Source: Auanema rhodensis (lineage: Eukaryota; Animalia; Nematoda). Taken from it: a DNA stretch of 64,000 nt. The stretch covers positions 7,440,001 to 7,504,000 of the forward strand of contig OZ059899.1 in the NCBI GenBank assembly GCA_964057225.1. Reading direction: 5' to 3'. The notes below the pieces were generated by a model. That model was not told where the DNA came from. It saw nothing but the letters and a program-made list of their open reading frames with translations, and ran no database searches. Shown one piece after another: positions 50,872-64,000 of the stretch (position 1 is the first letter of the stretch; every line of letters starts with the position of its first letter). The translations under genes and the position numbers were made by a program.

Positions 50872-53800
50872 GCTGTAAAGACGAAAGATTTTCCGATAAG
50901 AAAGACAAAAATAAAAAAAAACAGGAAGATAAAGTTTGATAAATAAAAATATTATAAATAGAATATATTATAATAAATCTTTTTGATATATTTAGTATTA
51001 AGAAGAAGAATGATGACGTTATTTATCTAAAAATAACATATATTAGTATATTAACTATAAGAAAAGAAAACCAGAAATATCAAATGATAATCTGCTTTTC
51101 ATTCTTAGGATTAATCCGAAGTTTTATCAATAGAGCAAGAGGATAATGGTTGATGATGATGACGATGAAGTTCATTTGGTTACATTTATGTTTGAAGGAA
51201 AAGTAGAAAGTAGAAAATAGAAACCTAATAATCTATATAATATATGAATGATGATTCTATATTTTCACATAGTTATATATAATATAGTAATAGAAACCGA
51301 AAAAAAAATTATGAAAAAGGAATAGTATACTATGTGTATTCATATATATGAATCTCTAATAAATACTAACTTATATTTATTTTTTTTTCACTAAAAAAAA
51401 GTTTATAAAATTTTGATTAATATACAAATATTATAAATATAATCAATATTCATAATAAAAGATAGAATACATGAAATGTACTAAAATTCTTCAGTGCAAA
51501 ATGATTTAATGATAGTCAAAATTTCTAAGTTTTAATTATACGTTTCTGATACAACAATGCTATTCAATATTTCATTTATAAAACAAAGTTTCCTTATATA
51601 ATCTACTTTTCAAATATATTCTAAACAAGATATTATAATAATTTATTTTATTATTTGTATAAAGAATACATAAATAATTATAAAAAAAGTATTTGAAATG
51701 AGCATCGATATTAACTAAAAAAAAAAAAAGAAAGAAAAAGTTATAGATAGATAGATATGGTGATAGCCTGAAGATAGAGAAATTCAAAAAAAAAAGAAAG
51801 AAAAGATAAAAACAGTGATTAGAGACGTAGAGGTTATATAGACTAATTTTATTTATTATATAAATAAATAAATAAATTTATTTATTAATTTATATAATAT
51901 AATTATTATTAATATACATACAATACAAATATATATATTATGAATTAAAAATGAAATATATATTCTATATACTTATGAATATAAATAAGAAAAAATATAA
52001 AAATAAATGACATTTAATGTTGTATATCCTATTATTTAACTTTCATATATACATATGTTTCATAATCATAAAACAATCAAGAATACGGTGTTATATAATA
52101 GATTAACAAATCTGTAAGAAATATCAGAAACTTAACGTGAATACAAATTTTTTTTGGATACAGATTTATGAAATTTACTGCTAATTTTATGTTATTTATA
52201 TAGAATAATGTTCATTTTAGATTCTTTATATTATTAGAAATCTTGATGAATATGACAATCTCTTCATCAGTAGTGTTACGACACTTAACGTTTTGATTAG
52301 TTATGAATAGATATCAATTACGCTCAAAGTCCAAATAAATCCAGAATCCAACTAAACTTCAAATTTCTAAAACATTTACTTATATTTAAATATATAAATA
52401 TATACATTGAAAAGGACAAAGCTTTTCATTGTATTTTTATAAAGAAGAAAAATATTCGATTATTTCAAAAAGATTAAATATTAACATTGGAATTGAGTTC
52501 TATTTTATGTTATTTTATACGAATGATATAGTATTTCTCGTTGATTATACTATTCATATGCGAGATTATTGATATCTTCCCTGTTCATTTATTACATTAC
52601 AGAACAAAATAAAATATTTATCATATATAAATGAATATAAATCCATTTATGTATTTGAAAAGTTTCAATATTTTTAGATATTTGATGAATATTTGAAAAT
52701 TATCAAAAGGAAATGGTTGATAAACTGAATAATATAGATTATAAATATCTTAAATGTATATCATAGTTATTGAAAACTGAGTTATTTGTGAAGAGGAAAA
52801 TCTTAAAATAGAAGAAGATCTGACATAATTTAAAAAGCAAAATTATGAAAATGATTTGATAAACATAGTTTATGTAAAATATCTTTTCTTGGAGCTTCTT
52901 CAACTATCGAAATTTGCATATACATTCTTTTCCAATTTTAGCTGAGAAGGTTTGAACTGATAATTAAAAAAGTCGGTTTGTATTTCAAAGATTCTAAACG
53001 ACTTAAATCAGAATTTATTTTCAAAGCTTTGATAACAATGCTGAGAAATCCATATATTTCTATAGTTCACTTCAATCTTCATGTTTTATACTTCCTCACC
53101 TCAGTCGCATGAGCTTCATCGTATTTTTACATGTTTCTAAGGATTTCGATATTCACAAAACATTTGTTGATTTCATACAATTTTTTGTATATTATTTGAT
53201 ATATTAGGTCTCAAACTTAATTCTGCCCCCCCCCCCCTAGAGTACCATGAAAAAAAATAAGTAAAAGTATGAATTTTGAAAAAAAATTTATATTATACTA
53301 TATTTCCCTTCAAACTTCTCCCACTCTTTTTCAGCTGTCGGATTCCCTTCATGAAAAATATTTGACTTTTAGATGAAAAAATATTTTACAAAACATTGAA
53401 CTAATCTTCATCTTCGGTAATCTGTTGGAGCTAGATGAGTAGAATAAGGGGGTGGGGTGTTCAAAACTGTCCAGCCCAGCCCCTGAAGCGTCTGCTGGCT
53501 CTAAAACGAGAATACCATCTAATGCTTTAAACTGGAGACAAATATCCATATACAGCCTTCATATTTCGGAAGGCTGCTTTCGCAAACAAGAGACAAACAA
53601 AAAAAGTTGGTCAATTGTAATTAATTTTTGAAAAAAAAAAGAATTTCTTTTTTGAAAGTTTTTTTTAATAGTTTTTTATATGCAAATTCCGTTAGTTTAC
53701 ATATGCTCCACATACAGTCCTGAGGAATCTCTGAAAGTAGGATAGAGCAAGTTTTTGAAAAAATAGAAAACTTTACTAGAAATAAGAGTGACCTATTCTT

Positions 53801-55815
53801 TTCATATGTATATTCTGAAGGACGATGAAGCCTGAATGCGACAACTGAAATGTGGTGAAGTCAGATGAACGGTAAAGTGATATAATCCAAAAAAAATAAT
53901 AATACCGTTGTAACTTTTCATAAAAATAAAATAAAATGAGAATACATGATTCATATGTTGTATACGATATATGAAGAATCTAAAATAACATATTGAAGTT
54001 GCTACTGTAATATAACTTAACAATAATATCAGAAAAAAATCTAAAAATAAGAAATGTATATGTATAACCCAAGTTCTTTTATACGTCATCGGTTAGAAAA
54101 CATTTCATTTTTCAATTTTTAAGTATACAAATCCATTTGAGTTTTTTTTTCATCCACCTTGTAGACGTCAGAATTTGGGTGACTCATATAAAACCTGAAG
54201 ACAAAAATGGACGAAGCAATAGGCAACACCCTGACAAATAGTTTTCTTTCAAATATACTTATAGGGGCGGTGGCTTTCAAAGAGTATAAAAATAAAATAT
54301 TATAATAACTTGTAATAGTTTAAACATATATGTATAGATAGTGTTACTGTAATATTAAATTTATTCCAAACAGTCTTAAAAAGAGAAGATCTTACTTCTC
54401 TTTTTTTTTATTTTGGTATTGATAGTAGTTTCAATGATGATCTAGTTTGGAAGTTAATCCTTATATGCACTATTAAAAATATTTTTTTTCATATTAACCA
54501 TTTGATGGCTTATCTCACAAAATTCAGTTCAAACTTGTTAAAAATCTCTTTATAATATTCTCTCACTTCTCATCATTTTCCTCTCTCTTTGTGTCCCTCT
54601 TTCACTATCTAACTATTTTGGAATCTTTTTACTTTATCTCTATAAATTGTTCCTTTCAGTTACATTACAGACTATTGACTGTCATGTTCTCTCATTCTAT
54701 TTCGTTTTCATCTGTATTGAATACCATGTTTGAATATATCCGATAATTACACCAACTAGCTACCTCTAGCCGATCATCATGAATTTCCAGCAATTCACGC
54801 AATCGACTTTTATACAAAATGACTATTATATATTTATATTTATATATATATAGTTATTTTTAATATTCTCTACATAATTAGCTTTTTTTTTCAACAAAAA
54901 GAGGAAGAACATACTATTGCTTTGATGATTGTTCTCTTATCTCTCATATTTTATCGCATATTTCTTTTTGTCTAAAGACAATTCTAACAAAAAAATGTTT
55001 CTCACATCTATCCGAAATTCACTGAACATTTTTCTTCAACAACTTCTAAAATCATTATTTTCAAACCAATAATGTTTCATTTTTTCTGAATCTTGTATAA
55101 TGATTTATACATATTCAGACTAAATTTTGTTTGAAATCTAGATATGAGCTGATAAGCAAGATATAATCATAACGTAAATAACTAAAAGCAGTGTTTCTAA
55201 TTTTATTAAATTAAATTACTATATATCATATAATATTATAGTTACTGTTATTTAATATCACAAAGAAAATATTAGTTTAATTGAAATAAATAATATTTTA
55301 TTTCATTGTTTCATCATTAGTATACGGAATATTCCATACCCAATCCGGTTTCAACCATTATAAACGGACGATAATTGTGGATCATTACGAAAAGTTTTAT
55401 TTCTAATAATTTCTTCTGAGAAAAACTTCTATAACTATAATATAAAGAATTAATTCTTTTCTTATATCAAAACGTTTATTATTTTCTTTGAAATCTTTGA
55501 AATAGATATATAAAAATGAAATTCATATAGAGAAACTTTAAATGCTTAGTATGAACCACACCACTTTTATTATATTTTTATATACAGTATATGTACTTCA
55601 AAAGATATATTGTTATAGAAAGTTTGATTGAGATAAAAGATATATTCAACTTTGATTCTTTTACATTATCATCATCAATTTTTAATTATTTTATTTATTT
55701 TTTTGTCTATTTTGTTTATTTAAATTAGAATATTTCCATTCATAACAATTATTTTCAGATCTAAACGTTTTCCTCCTAACGGTGGAAAGATTAATCAGAC
55801 AAACTGCCGACTACA

Positions 55816-57970
55816 ATGGAAATAACAAGAGAAAGTTAGTTTCTGTATTTCTTTTCCAAGTTAAAAGACGAAAATACTTTTGTATATCATTAGTTATTTT
55901 AAATCTCTTAATAGTAAAGATGAATAGTAAATAATATATGAATGTAAAAACCCTAAAATGTTCTCACATTTGAAAAAAAAAACTTGCAATAAGCGATTGA
56001 ACTGAATGTTTGTTTAAGAATTTTATGTAATTACTTTGAATACACCGTATGTAAACATAAAGTATTAACACTGTAACTTGAAATATATAAATGTATGTAT
56101 ATGTGTGAAATACGTGATTTCGAACTTTCATTCTGATGTGACCGGTTGAATCAAAAAACAATTAATATATATTATATATTATAATTTACATATTTTTATT
56201 ACGATCATATCTAATTTGTTTTTTATTTCTACGAAAAAAATGTTTGTAGGCCTAAAACTTTACCGGTTATGCTGTTCAATAGCCTATGGTCATGTTTGCG
56301 CTTTAAGAGAATCAATACCAGTTTCAGAAAAGAGAGGAAGAGAGAAAGAGAGAGATAGAGAGAGAGAAAGTTCGGACTGAAGACTTGAAGATTGAAGAGG
56401 TGAAGGTATGAGAAACGAAACAGACTAAAACGCCCTGACACAATACCTGAACAAGATCGCTAACATTGAACCTCCTACGTTCTCCTCACTTCCTTCTCAC
56501 ACTCTTTATAGTATCTTGCAAGAATTTTGAAACGCAAGTGTTCTCTCTCTCCCTCATTTCTGCTTCTCGCTTACATTACTTTTTTTCTTTCTGTTTAACT
56601 TTAATCTATCTTTCATCAACTTTTTTTTACATTTTTCATTTTCAAAAAAAAAGTTCTAGGTACCGCCTCAAATAGGTGTGTTTGATTTTCATCATCTTTT
56701 CAATTGAAGAGTGCGAACTTTTCTATTCATTCATGTGCCATAATCGTTTGTGTTCAGTTGTCATCTCAGATGTCTCTTAAGCACGTCGTCTTCCCAATTG
56801 TTCCATTCACACTAACATTGTCTGCTGATAATTTGACTTTTATGGGTAAATAGGCAGTTCGATACGACAGTTGTATGTCTGGGATCGTTCAGACGATTTC
56901 GTACATGGATTTGAAGGTCTTACCCGAAATCGAATTCAATTGTCAAAATCATTTTTATACTTGATCATGCTATTCTATTCTCATCTGAATTTTAACAAAT
57001 ACAGTATCCATCACATCATTCTTAGCATTTTCCTATTATGGTTACAGTTTACTTCTAATACACATTATTATAAATTAATATTAGAAAAATCTTTCTCAGT
57101 TTATTCATTTGTACGATTTATTTGATCAATTTTTCATCAGTCAACTCAATAAAAAGTTCTTCCACTTCAAAAGCTATGTAAGTGAGCTTACATGATTTTC
57201 TCTCTCAAAAGTCAAAACGTAAATTTTGATCGCTGCATATTCAGAAATGGTTCGCTATTTCATTTAAATATTTCATCTTTTCTTAGATCTCGATGACCAT
57301 TTTAACATTTATTTCTTAAATTTAGGATAAGTTAAATAATTAGTTATTTTATTTTTTTATGTATAATGAAAAATTTACGAGTTTACATGAACATTTAGAA
57401 ACAAAATGTTTTAAAACACAAACATTTGAGATTTCTTCCTAAAATTTCTTCTTATGTTGAGAAAAACCAGATGTTTTAGAGCAGAGATACTATCATCTAT
57501 TAACTTGCTCATGTCTCTTACCTCTCATTTTCTTTTTAAGATGATGACGATTTCTCATAATTCTAATCCTAAAGACCTCTTTGCTCTGCTGTTTGGTTCA
57601 TCAACATTCGATGCCCTTACTATCTCATTTTTCTATGAATTCTATTCTTTCTTTCTTCATATTCTTCACTATTTCAATGCCCAAATCTTCTAATCACTTA
57701 CGTCAACATGACTGAATGGGCGGATCCTATACGAGGACGAGGCTGTTGTAGGCATCAAAAGCAGCTTCAGTATGCAAAGATTGGCGTCTCTTTAACGCAT
57801 ATTTGTGTCACTTCAATTCACCTTTCTACTTTTTGCATTAAACAACAATATATTTTTATTTATGATTAAAGTTATTCACAATATAATATTTCAGCGATGT
57901 CATACAGTACGTCGTCCCCTGCTGCCAGAGCTCCTCTGGCTGGTCGTGCCGCAAGCACAGTCTGTATGTT

Positions 57971-58010
<40 letters not shown>

Positions 58011-61000
58011 TCTAATTTATACTTATATTTGTTTTTAGCTCATGATCGTACATTGAAGATTGTTACTGAAATGCGTAGTGGCGCTGGATCTGGAATGTCA
58101 CCTTTTGGCCAAAATGCTGCTAGCACCATTCGTGACTCTCGTGAGCGTGAAAAGAAGGAAATGTCAGACTTGAACGATCGCTTGGCTAACTATATTGAGA
58201 AAGTGAGAAATATATCAGTTGATAATATTTATTGTAAATGTTATTTCGTAAGGTACGCTTCTTGGAAGCCCAAAACCGTAAGCTGGCTACTGATCTTGAT
58301 ATGCTTCGTGGAAAATGGGGAAAAGATACTCACAACATCCGTAATATGTACGAAGGAGAATTATCTGTATGTTTAAATAACTTAACATTTCCTAAGTTTT
58401 AAAAAATGAATGAAAGGGATGAAAATCGTTTTAAAGAAAGACGTAAAATAATATTTTCCTTTTATATTTTTGTATTTTACTTGTAACCGCTCAAACAAAC
58501 AAAATCTGTGAAACGGCTTGTATGGCAAGATTATATACTTCAATTTGATGACAGTATAAGAAGAGAATAAAAAAGAAAATAAATACGAATAAATAGTTTG
58601 AAATGAGTCAGAATTTCTAGTAGACGATAAACGATAGATGATGATTCATCATTTAGAATTTTTGTATTAGCTGTATGACTGTATCTATATTTTTTCTGTG
58701 GAAGAATCTAGAAATGGGAGAATACATACATATAAATAGTTCAAATATTGATTTATCTTTTCTTTATAATAAAAGAATTGTGTTTTAAAACATGAAATAT
58801 AAATATTTTATTGCAGGATGCCCAAAAACTGATTGACGAAACGAATAAGCAGCGTAAAGATGTGGAGAGCCAAATTAAGAAAATGCAAGATGAGCTTGCT
58901 GATATTCGTAGAAAGTACGTTTATATCTTGTTATGAAAATCAAAAGACATACATTTGGAAAACAAATATATTATATAATTTGATTTTCATGCATAGCTTT
59001 GTACTATGCTAGCTGTTGAAGCATCAAATTACCGTAATCAGGTTGCGGTGTGAAAAGAAAAAGACGAAAGGATGGTATGATGATTGGCTGTTCTGCAAAC
59101 AATCGTCCTCATCCTAGTTTTCTTACCTTCTCCTTCTTTTACTTCTTGTTCTATTCGTGTAGAGAAAACATAAAGAAACAGTGAATAAGACGAAAGCGGA
59201 GGAGTTAAAGCTGATGATGAGGACGAGTCCAAATGAGACCAAAAACCTCGAAAGCATTTTTCTTGCTTCTTTCTATTTGTTTCAAGAATTATGTTTCGAA
59301 AACGAGCACATCTACGCGAAACACTAAGCCGATTGCTTCGAAATGGCTACAAAGAACTAGATTGAAGTTAATTTAATACTAAAACAGATTTAATTTTAAA
59401 TAAATATAGATATTCACATAACAACCAATCAATTCAAATTAATTTAAGATACGAAGAAGCTGTTCGTGGTCGTGAACAAGATGGCGCAAAAATTGATGAT
59501 CTTCTTGTTAAGCTTAGTCATTTTGAGGTAAAGATTGAATAAACTAAACAAACTATGTAAATCTATTAAAGGCAGAAATCAGTCTTCTCAAGAGACGTAT
59601 TTCTCAACTTGAGGATGAAGTCAAGCGTATCAAGCAAGAGAATCATCGATTGATGAGCGAACTTCAACGCGCAAGAACTGTAAGTATTATAAGAATTTGG
59701 AATGGTTTAGTAAAAAATGGATATATTTACTTCAGGATTTGGATCAAGAAACTTTGAACAGAATTGATTACCAAAACCAGGTTCAAACTCTTTTGGAGGA
59801 AATTGATTTTCTTCGTCGTGTTCATGATTCAGAAATCAAGGATCTTCAAGTGAGGATGATTTAACTATATGTTTTACACTTATTTACTTCTAGACATTGG
59901 CTTCTCGTGATACTACTCCTGAAAATCGGGAATTCTTCAAGAATGAGCTTTCATCTGCTATTCGTGATATTCGTGAGGAATATGATCAAGTCTGAAATAA
60001 TATTTTTTTTCTTTTATTGTTTTGTAATTTTAGGTTAGCAACGTTCATCGTAATGATATGGAATCTTGGTACCGCCTTAAGGTTCAAGAAATCCAAACTC
60101 AAAGTGCTCGTCAGGTGAATATTTGTTTATATTTTGATATTTTCTATTTTATTTAGACAATGGAGCATGGCTATGCCAAAGAAGAAGTCAAGCGTCTTCG
60201 TACCCAACTCAGTGATTTGCGAGGAAAGCTTGCCGATCTTGAAAGCCGCGTAAGCTCTTTGTATGAAGCTGATAGTAGTACTCTTGATTACAGAACTCAA
60301 TGTTGGAGAAGCAAATTCAAGAACTTAACTATCAACTTGAGGATGACCAAAGGTAGCTTATATCCAAAATATCTGTATATTTTCTTTTGGTTTTAGATCA
60401 TATGAGGCTGCTCTTAATGATCGTGATTCCCAAATTCGCAAGATGCGAGAAGAATGCCAAGCTCTTATGGTCGAGTTGCAAATGCTTCTTGACACTAAGC
60501 AGACTTTGGATGCTGAAATCGCCATTTATCGCAAAATGCTCGAGGGTGAAGAAAACCGTGCTGGACTCAAACAACTTGTTGAGCAGGTTGTTAAGACTCA
60601 TGCCATCACCCAAGAAACTGACACTGGTATAAATATATTCATCATCATTTTATTCTAAATAATAATTTAAGAAACGATGAGAGTAGTTAAAGGAGAAACA
60701 GCTTCTCGTCAATCATTCCAACGTTCGGCTAAGGGTAATGTCTCCATACATGTATGTATTTTTCTTCTAGTTCTATTTTTATATACCATTATAGGAAGCT
60801 TCCCCTGATGGTAAGTACATAGTTCTTCAAAACACTCATCGTGCCAAAGACGAGGTATGTCAGTTACGATATCTCCAAATGAGAGTTCTGAATATTTCAG
60901 CACGTTGGTGAATGGAAGTTGAAACGCCGTATTGATGGTAAGCGTGAGATTGTCTACACTCTTCCAAAAGACTTTGTTCTTCGTGCTGGAAAGACCGTCA

Positions 61001-61248
61001 AGGTTTGACACAGTATCATATATGATGTTTATTCATTATTTTTCTAGATCTTTGCTCGTAATCAGGGAGTAGCTTCTCCACCTGATCAACTCGTTTTCGA
61101 TGCCGAAGACTCTTTCGGATCTGGAAACTCTGTCCAAACTATACTCTTTAACAAAGACGGAGAAGTAACACATACGTCGAAAAGTTTTAACTTAACTCAT
61201 TTTTTTCAGGAACGTGCCACCCACATCCAACGTCAAAGCACGGCTTAA
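55816..61248 (+). CDS. ifa-1: Cytoplasmic intermediate filament protein IFA-1
   Basis: Micro first coding exon 55816-55834 (MEITRE) splices in phase to 57895. Rod motifs [26 protein letters not shown] and [16 protein letters not shown]; lamin-tail domain; ends HIQRQSTA*. Confidence 0.95.
57975..58008. repeat. (TA)n microsatellite in an ifa-1 intron
   Basis: Direct reading. Confidence 0.92.
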
Positions 61249-62560
61249 GCAGTAGATAATAACCGTGCAATAATTCTTCGTACCGTATCAAGTTCCTATG
61301 AGCTGTTTAATCTGCCACTGACTTCCCAATAATTACACACAAATTATTTTAAACTTGGCGTAATCGGAACTGATTATAATGATAATGAATCAATAATGAT
61401 TAAAGCCTGTTGACAATTACAATTGTGTGTTCAAAATTGGAATTTATTGAGATTTTAGTAGTAGTTGAGTTGCTCACTAGTTATAGCATTTCTATCCTTT
61501 TTCATAGTTTGCTCAACTCTTTTTCTATTTTAAAATTTTAGTTTAAGTTTGTTTACAGAATATATAGCATACTATAGATTTTATGATCAAATTCCGCATT
61601 TTCTTTACGTTTTTCATTTAATTGAGTGATATATGATACGTTAAAATACCAAACTATAATAGGTTAGCGATTAAGAAACAATAATGTTAAAGACAAGTTT
61701 TATATGATATTATTATTCAATAATCAATCTTTTAATGTTTATTATCACAAGATTAGTAATGATTTAGCATCAATTCTATGCTAAAGAAACATATCGTCCT
61801 CATACAGAGGACGAGCTCTTTGACCTGATACTCATTACTTTTTTTCAACATCATTGATACAAAACAAAAAGTTCTGATTAAATTTATTATTATTTGATTG
61901 CACATTTTTTTATCTTAAAATTATTATTTGAATAGTAAATTAGCCGAGAGCACTTATAGTTAAGAGATTTAAGCTATCTGCAGAGAGTTAGTTGTATAAT
62001 CCTTCAATACATAGAAGTTGAATGAAAATGGTAATAAACAAAAAAAATAATGTAAAGATGAAGATGAATTGGATAGCTAACTGATGTTTTACATCATAGT
62101 ATTTAAAAGAAATACAAAACTTAATAAGAAAGTTTTATAATAATATATAATATAAGAATAATAATTATGTACCAAAGTGGAGAAGAAATTGTCTGTGTAA
62201 ATATTTTAATTTAATATACTTTAATGGCTTAATTAAAATATTAAAAAAATTGAAAATATAATGTGTTAAAGATATGAGTGAAATTATATAATTTAACAAT
62301 GTAATCAAAACATATAAATTAAAAAACATACGATTGTTCAATGAAAATATGTCATTTCTCTTCAAACTGAAGATAAACATATTGTAGTAAAGCTTATTGA
62401 TTACTTTTTACTTGTAAAAAGATTAATTAAGAATATCGATTTTTTTAAAATATTGTTAAAATCAAAGTATAATTGTTGAAAACATTGCACAACAATATTT
62501 CTCAAATAGAGGTATTCGTCGAATCCATCTTGAATTAAATCTTCTGCTATATAATGATTC

Positions 62561-64000
62561 TTACGGTTTTAATTTTGGATCTTTTTCCTGAAACAATAAA
62601 TACAAATAAAGAAATATTATGTTTTAATATTTTTATAGAGAATGTACCGACTGCCTTCCTAAAACTTTTTGAACCAACTCTTCTTGACTATTTTTATTAT
62701 GGAAATCTGAGACAATCACGTTGTGATCCGCCGGAATACCGAAATCCATATTACCATCTATAATAATGATAATATATATATACATGTATTAACTTATTTA
62801 TAAACTAACTGTTAATATTTACTCCAATTACTTGATCAAACAGTGTCATATTCAATTTGGGTTTATGGGTCTCTTCAGAATCCCTTAATTATAAAATAAG
62901 TAAATTATTGAAGAACATTCCGATATACCCTCCATAAAACAAAATCAAACAAGTATTCTTTATTCCATCCATAAAAGTAGTTTCGTTCAAATCTTCAATA
63001 AGGCTGAAACAAAAAAATTAAATGTTTTTAGTAATGATGTAAGAAAAATCAGCTTGAATATTAAATTTGAAAAAAAACCAAAACTTACTCTTCTGGATCA
63101 CTCTCAAAGGAAAAACCAGAATGATATAAGTTATCTAAGTCATAATTAAAAACATTCTGAGGATATGTTTCTATGTATTGAGTGGAAAACAACACGACAT
63201 TTCCAAATGCTTGTGGATAGGCTTTGAAGATTACATCTTGGCTCTTGTATAGTTCATCTGTAACATTCTTCACAAATTGTAGTTCATCCTGAAAATCATA
63301 AATATAGTTAAAAAACTTTGTTTTTTACATTTTACATTATACATATTAGAATTAGGATAAGAATAGTCTAATACTATTAAACAATTTTTTTCTGATGGAG
63401 CAGCAGCAGTAGTAGCAGTGACTGTAGTAGAATCAGATGCTGGTGTTACAGTAGTTGGAGCTTCAGTAGTTGACATTGGTTGTTCACTAGTTGTTGGAGC
63501 TTCAGTAGTGGACGTTGGCTGTTCACTAGTTGTTGGAGCTTCAGTAGTGGACGTTGGCTGTTCACTAGTGGTTGGAGCTTCAGTAGTTGACATTGCTTGT
63601 TCGCTAGTTGTTGGAGCTTCAGTAGTGGACCTTGGCTGTTCGGGCTGCTTAAGTTTTAATTTTGGATCTTTTTCCTGAAACAATAAATACAAATAAAGAA
63701 ATATTATGTTTTAATATTTTTATAGAGAATGTACCGACTGCCTTCCTAAAACTTTTTGAACCAACTCTTCTTGACTATTTTTATTATGGAAATCTGAGAC
63801 AATCACGTTGTGATCCGCCGGAATACCGAAATCCATATTACCATCTATAATAATGATAATATATATATACATGTATTAACTTATTTATAAACTAACTGTT
63901 AATATTTACTCCAATTACTTGATCAAACAGTGTCATATTCAATTTGGGTTTATGGGTCTCTTCAGAATCCCTTAATTATAAAATAAGTAAATTATTGAAG
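62561..64000 (-). CDS. 3' part of a gene with repeated degenerate VWA-like domains joined by a Thr-rich mucin linker; 5' end beyond the right edge
   Basis: Exons encode CLIVLDYS...DELQFVKNVTDELY...NTCLILFYGG...FDQVIGVNIN...EELVQKVL, preceded by TTEAPTTSEQP repeats; stop at 62561 (EKDPKLKP*). Confidence 0.7.
62566..64000. repeat. Intragenic direct repeat: 62566-62913 = 63653-64000 (offset 1087 bp)
   Basis: The 348 bp appear identical, introns included; the second copy is cut by the window edge. Confidence 0.95.
63451..63641 (-). repeat. Coding minisatellite, 5 x 39 nt (EQPxSTTEAPTTS)
   Basis: Direct reading of five near-identical 39-nt units. Confidence 0.95.

Noticed and set aside
53220-54250. 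Possible transposon remnant (C12 tract, GGGGTGGGG, CACCTTGTA end)
   Set aside because: I found no matching terminal inverted repeats, target-site duplication or transposase coding, so it cannot be supported without a repeat search.
57708-57790. Possible alternative first exon of ifa-1
   Set aside because: The frame compatible with the GTATGC donor has no ATG.
59209-59250. CTGATGA...hammerhead-like sequence in an ifa-1 intron
   Set aside because: It lacks a properly placed GAAA core and closing stems.
1-64000. tRNA, rRNA, snRNA/SL RNA genes, CRISPR arrays, telomeric TTAGGC arrays
   Set aside because: None recognised by eye; tRNAscan and Infernal were not run.

Overview
AT-rich nematode genomic DNA with many short (about 40-60 nt) introns. 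Nematode origin is shown by a cuticle collagen, a DUF273 gene and near-identity of the intermediate filament to C. elegans IFA-1. I spliced gene models by hand, so boundaries are approximate. From left to right: SLC9C-type Na+/H+ exchanger with a degenerate voltage-sensor domain (minus, runs off the left edge); F-box/LRR-like gene; laminin gamma (lam-2); DUF273 gene; small Ser/Thr-rich single-TM gene; PEX12 (prx-12); a CRE-rich, uORF-laden unknown locus (about 26-32 kb); a basic unknown gene; a 1013-bp tandem duplication carrying two baf-1 copies; a large coiled-coil gene with CEP350-like motifs; a CK1-family kinase with a prion-like N-terminus; a cuticle collagen; two small unknown genes, one a possible 36-aa micropeptide; ifa-1; and a VWA-like/mucin-repeat gene running off the right edge. 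The strongest finding is the baf-1 duplicate. All 7 nucleotide differences in its CDS are non-synonymous, while its introns and 3' flank are identical to the canonical copy. The changes fall on the LEM-binding/dimer surface (Y43D, L58S, W62F) and leave the DNA-binding HhH motif intact. Other leads are the SLC9C homologue in a phylum with non-flagellated sperm, the putative CEP350 orthologue, and the CRE/uORF locus.
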